64,000 nucleotides of DNA from Lama guanicoe (taxonomy: Eukaryota). Position numbers and translations under genes: made by a program. Every line of letters starts with the position of its first letter. Within the stretch, counting starts at the first letter, position 1. This document shows positions 13,661-24,582 of the stretch, one piece after another. The notes beneath the pieces are model-generated. The model was not told where the DNA came from. It made no database searches and was given only the letters and a program-made list of their open reading frames with translations. Where the stretch lies: positions 1,425,964 to 1,489,963 of the forward strand of contig MU054187.1 in NCBI GenBank assembly GCA_013239625.1, read 5' to 3'.

Positions 13661-15400
13661 CAACTAGGCGGTGAGAGCCCACAAGAGGCAAGCACAGCAT
13701 AACCTATTTGTTTAATTCACAGAAAAAAAGAAGAAGAATGTTCTGAGATTTCCTCGACTCCCTCTCCCACGAGGGGAGTGAACAGAGCTGAAAATACATC
13801 TCCTCAGATCCCTGTGAAAGATGTGCAGCATTTACAGAAATTCAGCGGGGGACAGGACTAACTGTGCTTCTGTCAGCAGGAGTGTTCCATATTTTGTGGT
13901 TTTCTCATATGGAAATATATTCTTCAGAAGACAGATTTTAAGTTGCACGAGCTGAAAAAAATCACAAGTGCACGTCCACGTTAGAGGCAAACGCGGGGCT
14001 CCACCTGTGGGCTGTACGCTTTGATGCTTTGCACACTCTGTATCTTCTATGTTGAGAAATAGATTCCATCTCTGAAAATTAATCCCTTAACAAAGCCACT
14101 GAGCATTTTTTCCAAACAGTTAAGAATTTCACAATGGCTAGTTGCAATAAAATATTTAATATCTCAGGTGGAATGCCCTTGACTGTGAGGAAGAGAAACC
14201 CTCAGTTCATTTGGACTTAAAAAACGAGGACACTAATTATCCCCCAGACAGGAGGTCTGGAAACAGGACTGCGCCAGGGACGGAGGGCAGAGCCCGAACT
14301 CGGCTCCCGCAGGCGCCGGCTTGAGCCCGAGTCTCACAGCAAGAAGGGGCCGTTCCAACCACCAACCCCAAGCGCGACGCAGGAGACGCGGCACTAGGAG
14401 GCGGCATCTCCCAGCGTCTTCCACAGGAATTCCCTCCAGAGGTTCCTAAACCAGTCACGCCGGAGGACAAAGAGACCATGAGGAAGGGCTCAACCTGAGG
14501 ATCAAATGGGTGCTGCGGCGTCAGCCCCGGAAGCCACGGATCTCAATCCTCGGGGTGGTACCAGGACTGCCCTTGGGGGAACCCGGGGGCTACGGAAACA
14601 GTGCAAATTCAATAAACATTATTTTTCAGCTTCAAAGAGGCGATGGCTTTACCGTTCAGCGCTCCGTTCCTAAAACAAAGCTCTCTCCTTTCCAGACCAA
14701 CGAGAACCCCCGACAGTAAACAGTCCACCGCGACCAGCGAGCAGCCGCACCGGGAGGGCGCCGGGCCCCGCGCTTACTAAACCTCGTCCCCGGCTGCGGT
14801 CGTGCAACCCGGCATCTCAGACGGTGCGTGCCCAGCGTGGCCCTAGCGCTTCCTCTCCCCCTCACCGTCGGTGAAACCCGCTGTGTCTGGCGCAGACACT
14901 GCGTTTGGTACCAGTCTGTACACTTCGTGGTGTGGTCCACAGACATCAGGTTTGCACACAATGAGCACAGCAGCTTTGAGAGGTGAGTGACGCACGTTAA
15001 AGACTTTCTATAAAATTGCTTGGAACAAAACGTGACTTAATAGCAGTCAGGGTGCAGGGTCTTCAATCAACCGCCGGTGAGAGCCCCCCCCCCCCGCGTC
15101 GACAGAGGGGCAAGTGCAGGGTAACCTTTTTCTTAATTCACAGGAAAAAAAGTAGCGACGGCCTGACTTTTCCCCAACCCCCTCCCTAACCAGCCAACCC
15201 AGCTGCAAATGTGATCGTCCTCAGGCTCCTTCGAAAGATTTGTGGAATTTGCAGAAATTCAGCAGGGGACCATCCTAAGTGGGTTTCAATCAGCAGGAGG
15301 ACTTGGTGTTTCATGGTTTTCTTGCAGAAATGTGTCTTGGAAGCCGTATTTTAAGTCAGGTGAATACTTAAAAGATACAAGTGCATGTACATATTAGAGA
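13490..15400. repeat. Diverged direct tandem duplication, period ~1.41 kb (best arms 13666-13990 and 15073-15400)
   Basis: cggtgagagccc 13669/15075; ttaattcacag 13712/15133; 22/24 match at 13830-13853 vs 15247-15270; tcagcaggag 13873/15290; acaagtgca 13964/15377. Confidence 0.9.
14240..14910. promoter_or_regulatory. CpG island
   Basis: GC-rich and CpG-dense; lies between the duplicated units. Confidence 0.6.
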
Positions 15401-15639
15401 GGAAGGGGAACGCATGAAACATTGCTCATAATTTTAAAGGAGCCCTTGCATTGACGGCCACAGTCCTCCCTTTTGAGGGAAGTAATGAGCCTTGGTTACA
15501 ACTTGTGTTTTGATTTAAACATCCTCCTTGACTATTAGTCTTGAAGCTGTATTTTTAATATGTCACTTAGGAGCAAACCAAGAAAAAAAAATGAATGAGG
15601 GAGTGAGAATAAGAAAAGCCACTACGTTCCTACTGTGTT

Positions 15640-16240
15640 GCTGGGGGCGGACGCAGACGTGTGCACGACGGGTGCCGCGGCGGCAGAGGTCGCGGTGGTG
15701 GAGACGCACCCGTGCTCCGAGGGAGTCACCGGGTCCGGCGCTCCTGGTGCTGGCGGCAGCCGGCGGAGCAGAGCAAGAGCGAGAAAAGACAAAAGTCCTG
15801 TCAGACCTGGTGTTTAAACCTTGCAAAGATCGGCATGCAACGTGAGGGCCTCGCGTTAAGCCGCAGCGAAGTCGGACCCCTCTCCCCGCACCAGCCGGGG
15901 CCATGCCGAGCCCGCCGCGCTCCCGAGGCGCCGCCCCCTGGACGTGCAGGCGGTGCGCGGCGCGTCCCCGTCCTGAGGCTGCGGGGCTGCGCGGGGCTGA
16001 GCGGTCTGCCTGGCGCTGCGCCCCCCACCGGAGTCGGCGAAGCGCTGGGACGCCCCCCCTCGCCGGCGCGCCCCGCCTGCTCAGGGCTGCGTCCCGAGGA
16101 CAACCGCGGCCACGCGCCGTTGCCCCCCCCCCCAGACCTGAGTGGCTTTTTAAAAATAAACAAATAAATCGGTGAGGAGGATGTGGCGCAACTGGGACCC
16201 GTGTGTGTCGCAGGCGGGAATGTAACACAGCCTCAGCCGC
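15640..16240. promoter_or_regulatory. CpG island (strongest in window); possible promoter
   Basis: Very high GC, dense CpG, GC-box (ggggcgg/ccgccc) motifs. Confidence 0.75.
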
Positions 16241-16329
16241 AGATGGGCACAGCCTGGTGCTTCCCAAAATGAAACCACAGCAACCATGGGACTCACAGCT
16301 CTGCTCCAAGGGGCTCCCCCCTGCGCAAG

Positions 16330-16428
16330 GAAAGCAGGAAGGGGGAAAGGAAGTGTGGGAAGAAGGAAGGAAGAGGGTAAGGAAGGGAGGAAGGAAGGGA
16401 GGAAGGAAGGAAGAAAAGAAAGAAAAGA
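16330..16428. repeat. GA-rich (GGAA)n-like simple repeat
   Basis: Almost pure purine tract read directly. Confidence 0.85.
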
Positions 16429-16439
16429 CTTAACAAGTG

Positions 16440-16905
16440 TGTAAACCAACATGCATATGTAGAAACAGCTTCTGTGCCCATCGGCAGATGAGCGAACACC
16501 AAGAACGCGGTGTGTCCATACAAGGCAGCATCAACCAGTGATCACAAGGCATGGGACCCTGACACAGGCTACAACGTGACTGGATCTTGGTAACACTACG
16601 CTCAGTGAAATGAGGCAGGCACAAAAGGGCGAATATTATCGAATTCCACTTACATGAGACGCCTAGAATAGACAAATTCAAGAAGACAGAAAGCAGAATG
16701 GAAGCTACCAGGGACCTCGGGGAGGGCTGAGGGCAGTGACTGTCCCATGGCACAGAGCTCTCGCTGGGATTGATGGAAACGTTTTCGGAGTGGACAGCTG
16801 TGATGGTCACACACTGTGAAGGCATTTAATGCCCCTGAATTATATAGTTATAAATGGCTGAAATGACAAACAGGATGGATACATATATTTTACCACAGTA
16901 AAAAA
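16440..16905 (+). mobile_element. L1MB-like 3' UTR
   Basis: gctcagtgaaatgaggcaggcacaaaagggcgaatattatcgaattccacttacatgagacgcctagaatagacaaattcaagaagacagaaagcagaatgg. Confidence 0.85.
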
Positions 16906-17815
16906 AATTAGCAAACCAGATAAAGCAACATGTAAAAAGGATTACACATCGTGATAAAGCGAGATTTTTCCCGGGAATTCAAGGTTTTGGTATTTTTTAA
17001 CCCTGAAAATTAATCAACATAATACAAATATAAATATAAACATAACTGTCTCATAATGGACACAGAGAACTAGTTTGGCAGAATCCAACATCCTTTCAGG
17101 ATAGAAACCCTCAGCAAACCGGGAATGGAACCCACACCTGCTGGTGACCACCTACCTCAGGGGACCCCACAGTGGCCGCAGTCTCCCCGGGGGAAGATCG
17201 GGAACACAAGAGCGTCTGTCCTGGCCACTTCTACTGAACACTTGCTGGAGGTTCCAGCCAGGGAAATTAGGCAGAGGGAGAAAGAACACATTTGGATTAG
17301 AAAAACAAGTAGTAAATCTATCTCCAGTAGCAGGTGTCATGACCTTAAACACAGAAAACCCTAAGTAATCCACTAAACCAGTAATCAGGGTTAACAAGCT
17401 TGCAGATCATTTTAAAAAGATATTTCTATAAAGCAGTAATGAGCAATGAAATTAAGAAAAACTTCCATTTATGATACCATCCAAAAAATACTTAGGAATT
17501 AATTGAACAAGTGCAAACTGAAGTACAAGCTGAAAACTACAAAACAGTGCTGGAAAGAATTAAATGAGCTCTTAAGAAATGGGGAGACATCTATGTTTAC
17601 GTGTTGGAAGGTGTAATTCTGTTCAGATGGCAACACTCCACAAATTTTTACAAATTCAGAACAATTCTTGTCAAAATCGCAGTCTGCTTTTCACGAGATT
17701 GCCAAACTGATGCTAAAATTCATGTGGAAATTCAAATGATCCAAAATAGCCAAAATAGTCTTAAAAGGAAGAATAACGTCGGAAGAGTCACATTTCACAA
17801 CTTCAGAACCTGCTG
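16905..17815 (+). mobile_element. L1M ORF2 fragment (degraded)
   Basis: aaatacttaggaattaattgaacaa...gaaaactacaaaacagtgctg...ctaaaattcatgtggaa...aatagccaaaatagtctt. Confidence 0.85.
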
Positions 17816-20394
17816 CGGGAAACGAGCCAGGGTGGGGACCACGCACGCGGGGGCCGGGGGGCCTGAGACACGCAGCAGCATCGCCCCCTAAACCAGCTGA
17901 GTGGGTGCCCACACCCCACTTCACTGAGATCGGCGCCGGCTTTTTAATGTCACTGAAAACCCTTAAATCCACCCTTTAGAGTCCTCTTAGGACCATCGGG
18001 AGTATGTGTTCCAAAAATTCTTTAAAAACAGGACATTTGTTTTCAGTCTTTTCCACGTCCAAGAACACTTTTCTGCTGACTTCAGTCATGAAACAAAAAT
18101 TTCTAAAACCCGATGTCTCTAGTTAAAGTCTCCCCTCACTCAGCAGTCTCGGAAGCAGCTGGATCGGTTGAGATTTAAGTCCTTTTTGGACTGATTTCCC
18201 CGACGAATTAGTCGGCTCTTGTTCAGAACATTTTCAGGGCAGAAACACTCTTTCATAACACGTTGTGTCGCTGCTTGAGCTTCATGTATCAGAAGGTTCT
18301 CGGGCCCACTCCTTGTTCTCATCCAGGTTTTGTTCAGTTCCCCACCCCCCTCCCCAACACACACAATGAGGATTCGCTCAGGTGTGTGACTCTGCACCCA
18401 GGGGTGGTTTCCCATCACAGAGCAGCGCCCCGCCCTCCCCAGGCGTCCCCTGCAGCGGGCAGCCTTCCCCGCCGTCCCTGCCGCCCTTCACTTGCGGGAG
18501 CCCGGGTCCAGGTCCCTGACCTCCAGCCCATCTCTGCTTGCCCAGAGTGGGACGGAACGAGCTCATAAAGCTTGGGGCTTCTCTGCTGGAAGACAGCTGT
18601 CCGGCAGTCCACCTGCCAGCCCTACAAACAGCAAGAGCTGGAAGGCGCGTTCACTGTGTCCTCGAAATTCAGAAGAGGTCTTTACTCTTCAAAGGTCTGT
18701 GGAGCCGGTAAATGAAACGGCGCTGGCCGTCACGTTCACCTGCTGCCTTCCAGCGCAGGCAGGGCGGGCGTCCTCCCTCCCCGGGCTGCATCGGGCTCAG
18801 GAATCCGAGGGCGGCTTTCATCAGCCATCTCTTTACTCGGTGTTTGCAGCCTTTTCAAGCAGCCAGAGAACTGCTCTGCCACCAGCGCGCCTCCGAGAGT
18901 CACAGAAGACCAACCCCCGCCCTCCTCTCCGGAACCGCCAGCATACACGTCAGTTATGGGCTCAGCCGAGCTCCGTGGACTTGCACTAAAGACCCGACCT
19001 CGTCACCCCCACGACACGCGTCAGCTGGGCTCTTAGCAGTCCTCCCCAGGCCTTCGTCGTGGCCGGAAGGCAGGGTTCAGGCACGTTCTGTTTCCTCCTG
19101 AACGTTTTTCTTTTCTCCCAAATAAGCCAACGCCTGCAGCGCTCATCTCTTGCGATGAGATCATTTACACCTTCTTGCTTCCAGCCACAGATTCACGGGC
19201 GTGGGAAGAAGATTCTCCTTTTTCACAGATCTCATCATTAAGCCATTTTCAACAATGAATCAGGAGATATAGTTAGTCTTTGGGAAGATTTTTCTAAGAT
19301 TTTTCCATAAGTGCTTTCTCTGAAACACAACCACTGTCGGTACTTGCTTGCGAAGCTGGAGCTTTGGAAGTTTGTTAAGTTCACTTGAAGCCTTGACACT
19401 GCTTAGCAAGGTGATGCCGTCTCACCCTGGAGCAGTCATGTTCCCCGTGTCTGATCCCTCATCTGGCTTCACATTTTCAACTGAATGAATGTACTATCTT
19501 ATAAGAACGCATTCCTTTTCTCAATAGGCAATGACACATTCTTGTCCTTAAGATGTCTTTCTTTGAGCTCCAGCAAACTGTCATTTACCAGGTTTGGGGT
19601 TTTACTGGGGCAGGTGTCTTTTGTTCTAGTTTTGGGAGCAGCGTTTTCAAATGTAAGTTCAATAATTCATGAATAAAATGAACGTTCAGATACAGTCAGA
19701 AAAAGTCAGGAACGTTTTCAGGTTGTTTAAATTTATTCTTGATGGTGAATGAACTGAGTCCTGCCCTTGAAATGCCTCGTTTTGTTTTCATGTTCTTGTA
19801 TGAAATACTTACCGGCGCTTCCCCTGGGGAACATCCCTTTATGTTAGAAACAGCAGACAGTAACGGTGATCTACAGCCATCGCTTCACTGTGACCGTGAT
19901 TATACGGTGACCGCGTCAGCATGGATCGCTTGTCTGAACCATGCAGGCCTTTAAAAATTGCTTCCTAGAACTTTCTGCTCAGCTTTGGTGACAACCGATA
20001 GACAGGCTACTTCCTAGAGAGGGAAACCCCTTTGTAACAGGTGGGCTGCATGGTCCGCACCGGGGCCCACGCTGTGCCTGGCCCTCACCGAACCACTTAC
20101 TACAAATCGGTAACGTTCAGAGTGTGTGCCGAGGACCGCTGGGTCCCCCACGGTGGCAGAAGGGAAGCAACGCCCTCATCCACCCGAGGGACGTCTGAAA
20201 CCCGCGGCCCGTGTTTAACACTCGTGACAACTTATTACGTCTTGTGCAGATGTGGGCATTTAAACATTTTAAATTGAAAAAAAAATAGATGGATTTTCTT
20301 AAAGAACTTACCCCAAAATCTACTTATTTAAAGTTTTACACCCCTTTGTGTTTTTAAATATGCTTTTTACATCGATAACCTCCATCATGTCAAC

Positions 20395-20490
20395 GACCCT
20401 ATGACACCCTCATTTACAGACAGAAAAATTCAGACTCAGAGAGTTTAAATCAAGTTCTTGTCTAAAGCTAGCAGATTGACCAGGGTTCAA
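20395..20490 (-). mobile_element. MIR fragment
   Basis: catttacagacagaaaaattcagactcagagagtttaaat...cagggttcaaa resembles the MIR core. Confidence 0.55.
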
Positions 20491-20524
20491 AATACGTTTG
20501 TTCATTGATTTCAGATTGTATTTT

Positions 20525-20710
20525 TAATTAAAGCGATCGTTTTGAGATAATGGTGGGCTCACATGCTGCTGTGAGAAATAATGCAGAGAACTCATGTGCC
20601 TTTTACCCAGCTCCCCCCTGACGGTAGCGTCTCCCAGAACTAAGAACAGCACCACACCTGGGACGCTGGCGGTGATGCAGTCCAGATGCCGAGCACTGCC
20701 ATCACCCGTC
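20525..20710 (-). mobile_element. L1MB/MC 3' terminal fragment
   Basis: tttgagataat...ctcacatgctgctgtgagaaataatgcagagaactcatgtgccttttacccagctcccc. Confidence 0.7.
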
Positions 20711-20739
20711 ACCCTCAGCAGCCCCTGCACGGCCCAGCT

Positions 20740-20940
20740 CCCGGGCAGCCAGAGGGCCAGCCTTCCCTCCTCCAACCTTTCTGCTCTGTGTAGGCCCCAG
20801 ACCTTCACCGGGGAGGCCACACCGGGGAGGCCACCAGTGCAGACGCTGATCTCTGCTGGCAACACCCTCGCAGACACAGAGTTTGACCACCACCCGGGGT
20901 CCCAGCGGCCCAGTCAAGCTGACACGGAAACGTTGCAGCC
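20740..20940 (-). mobile_element. MLT2 (ERVL) LTR fragment
   Basis: ctgatctctgctggcaacaccctcgcagacacag...ggcccagtcaagctgacac is the reverse of the MLT2 5' end. Confidence 0.65.
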
Positions 20941-21218
20941 TGCGTTATGACACTGGACCGAGGAAGCCGATGTGCCGCTCACCACGCAGATTTAAAGGCT
21001 GAAACCCAATAGATGCATCTTAAAAACCAGTGTGTGACTCAGGAGAAGATTTTACTTTATTTTCTGGAAATACTGAGCTCACTTTCTAAGCTCCACCGCT
21101 ACTTCATGTGGGTACAGACGACACGCAGAGGAGGTGCGCCACCAAGTCCCCAACACGGAACAGCCACACACAGCGTACAGACACCAACACGCTAATGCAT
21201 GGATGTCCAGACGCTAGC

Positions 21219-21560
21219 TTTTTAAGTTAAAGTGTAGTTGGTTTTCAATGTAGTATTAATTTCTGGTGCACAGCACAGTGGTTCAGTTTACATATATACA
21301 CATTCCTTCTCAGATTCTTTTTCATTACAGGCTGTTACAGGTACTGAATACAGTTCCCTGTGCTGTACAGTAGTACCTTGCTGTTTATGTACTTTATACA
21401 AAGTAGTTAGTATCTATAAATCCTGAGCTCCCGATCCACCCCTGTACCCGCTCCTCTCCCTCCGTAACAATAAATTTGTTTTCCATGTCTGTGAGTCTGT
21501 TTCTGTTTTGGAAATAAGTTCATTTGTGTCATTTTTTCCAGATTCCACATATAAATGATA
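21219..21560 (-). mobile_element. Artiodactyl/camelid L1 3' end
   Basis: ttaatttctggtgcacagcacagtggttcagtt...gttccctgtgctgtacagtag...tgtctgtgagtctgtttctgttttggaaataagttcatttgtg. Confidence 0.9.
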
Positions 21561-21814
21561 GCTCCATATGCTCATTTTTTAATTTTTATTTTTAAAAAAT
21601 TCACAGGATTGAGCCTTCTCAAAGACAGAAATTAAAATCCCAGATTCATATAAAAATGCATTTTCCGCCTTTTAATTAAAATGATTAGTGCAATTAATGG
21701 TGATTACTTTTTCTAATGAATACTTAATTTATTCTTTGGGAAATCACTTATGATTATGACTCATTACCAAATAATTGCGTGCTATTGAGTGATCTGTGTC
21801 GTGCTGTTAATTCT

Positions 21815-21892
21815 TTTATTTTTTCATTTCATCAAAGCTTTACTTTCTTTTTTTTTTATTGCGTTATAGTCAGCTTACAATGTTGTGTCAGT
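21815..21892 (-). mobile_element. Severely 5'-truncated young L1 with 16-bp TSD and probable short 3' transduction
   Basis: TSD tcgtgctgttaattct at 21799-21814 and 21893-21908; L1 terminus attgcgttatagtcagcttacaatgttgtgtcagt. Confidence 0.85.
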
Positions 21893-23157
21893 TCGTGCTG
21901 TTAATTCTCACTGATGAAGGGATCAACATTTCTGAACTGAAATTTCCAGCCTTCTGTATAAATACGCTTCTTTTGATAATAAAAATTAATATTCATAAAT
22001 GTACTCACTTGCAATGGGCTGATGCTTGAAAAATCACTGATGGGACAGGGTCTGTCATTTCTGTTGAAAGAAGAGATCCATGCTGGGTAGGCGTTAGGCT
22101 GAACTTCACTTAGTTGGGAACGTAGACCAGCTGCCAGGGGAGGAGGGACGTCCTGGAGCTGGAGGCAGACCCTCCCTCCGCTCACCCTGCAGACCCCACC
22201 TGCTTCACATGCATCCTTTCCCATTCACGCTAAGTGTGAGTGAGGTCTTCCTCCCCCTGCTGGAGGGTCAGTCCACCTGGCCGGCAGCCGCCACCCCCCA
22301 GCCTCTGCCGTCACTGCTGCCCGGGAAGCCTGCGCGGAACAGCAGGGCGCAGGGCACCACACACCTGCCAAGACGTCTGTGTTCCCGTCCCAGCGCCACC
22401 ACACATACACCCTGCGGGCCGCAGATGGACAAGTACCGTGTGTTCGCTTCAGTTTCTTCGTTTGTAACAAGGGCACAACTACAGCCCTGGGCTGCTGAGG
22501 GCAAGGCCCTGAGCTCAATTCCTGGTGCACGGAGGTGTCCCGCAGCGGAGAGCAGCTGCCGTCATTGTGAGTGGCCACTGCCTCAGCACACTGTCCCCAA
22601 CGACTGCTACCCGGACCACGATGTGCACGACATAGTATTCTGTACGTTTTGCCTTATTGGGAAGAAAAATTCTAAGTGAGCAAGAGGTTCAGTCACAAAT
22701 ACACAGGAAAACGCAGATTTAGCGTATAAAGCAACCAAACTTCCCCTGGATATTTTGCAAAAACACTTTCAAGGTTCACTTGCCATATTTGGAACTGAAC
22801 CTGCATTCTTAGCAAGAGCTCAAAGGTCTCCGATTTTTAGGTGCCTGGCTCAACGTACATCTGAAAATATCTCTAGGATGAATAAAAAGATTTAACAGAT
22901 ATTTATGAAATGAACCCTTTCAAGTAGCTGCTTCACAGCGCTAATGACATCTACACTTAGAATATTACAAACGTCAACGTTTTTGTGCGTTCCCCGTTCT
23001 TCCCATATTATCAGGGTGTCTTCACAGACCACGTCAGAGCACAGAGGCAAAGCCTGCTCGTGTGCACAAGTCTGAGCTTGTCCACCAGGTGACCGTGTCC
23101 TCATGAAACATCTATAATTTCTTAACCAAGTAAGAAGGGCCAAATACTTTTTTGCAT

Positions 23158-23343
23158 GATATAATATATAATACACGTTGCTATGTAATATATATAATTA
23201 TATATAGTTACATATAATTATGCATAATAATATTATGCATTATAATTATATGTATATAATTATACATATATAGTAATTATACATAATAGTTATAATTATA
23301 CATAATTATGTTATGTATAATTACATGTAATATTTTAATTAAA
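23158..23343. repeat. AT-rich low-complexity tract of tataatta/tacata-like units
   Basis: About 185 bp that is almost exclusively A/T. Confidence 0.9.
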
Positions 23344-24384
23344 TTACCCAAAAAAGTGAAGTACTTTAGACTTGACAGCTTTTACCCCCACTGTCTTAAG
23401 ATAATGTGATATATTTATTGGATGAAAATATCAACTTCGGTTTACTTCTTAAAATTTCACTCACAGACTTGAGTTCTGGAAAGAACGCTTCAGATGGGCT
23501 CGAGGTAACACGACGAATCCCTGATGTCACTGGTGTCGTCTGGATTCCCACAGGCACATCTGATCAACCTCCTGCCAAGCAGAGTAAAGAAATAATAACC
23601 TCGGGAGGAGAAGCCCGGTGCCGGAGGCGGCAGCCAACGCATTTAATAAAACGAGTGGTGGCCCGAGACCGTGGGCCCCGCGCACTCGCTGAAGCTTGGT
23701 TAGCATGACAGTGTTATTTTTTTGGCCCCCGAATCTCTGGAATCTGTCTAATGCACATTTTATCTTCAAGGAAGAATTTTTGTTGAGGATATACGTGCCA
23801 GAGCTGGCAAGAGACACTTAAGATACCAGTTCTAAGTACGTGTGGTTCCAAGACGGCTGAACAGAGCTGAAGTCAGCATCAGCATGGAGGCCGACTTAAT
23901 CCACGAGAGACCGCCCGCGCTTCTGCCCTTCGAACTGCTTATCAGAAAGTGGAAGGGACGAAAAACCGGTCCTAACACGGACTAAAGGCCGGGGGTAGTG
24001 GGGGAGGCGGGGGGTGCCTGAGGGTCTGCGGGTCGCCGCTCACAGGTGGTGCCTCTCCCGGGGGCCCCCTCAGACTGGGGTGGCCGGGCCACGTCACGTC
24101 ACCCTCGGCAGCTGCTTCTGATCCAGAGAAGGGAGACTGTAAGGGACTGTGTCTCGGGCTGGTTTGAGGGCACTGCTTGTCACAAGGCGCTTCCTTTATC
24201 TCCCTTCCTTCCCCATCCAGTCCTCCGTTTTCCAAAGTTTTTCTGAACTGGCAGGGAACTCATTCAAGACTGACTGCTGCATCACTGACAGCACCAGATG
24301 AAGCAGGAGCAGACGACCGACTTCCCTTAAGTTGTGTGAAAACCCTTCACACGACTCTAGAAACGCGTCACTGTGCAGAATCCC

Positions 24385-24582
24385 CAGCCGCACGGCCGTG
24401 CCTCCGCCTCCACGCGGCCGGCGGACACCCACACTGGGTGTAAAGCAAGGCGCTTAACTGGTTTAAAGGGGGCGGCTGTCGACTCTGTGGGCCCCGCTGA
24501 TTTAAATACCTGAACCAGTCGGAGTGCAGGCAGGAAACGGCATCCACCCCAGACGGTCTAAATGCTGAGTCCTGAGGTAAGG
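24385..24582 (+). promoter_or_regulatory. Candidate promoter plus first-exon donor
   Basis: TAACTG 24455, GC box 24468-24476, TATA-like tttaaata 24501-24508, donor GAG|gtaagg at 24577; inference only. Confidence 0.3.

Noticed and set aside
15528..16309. Several overlapping 100-250 aa ORFs
   Set aside because: Arg/Gly/Pro/Ala-rich frames on both strands, typical of a stop-poor CpG island. A superficial LLCCW resemblance to a signal peptide has no supporting downstream exons
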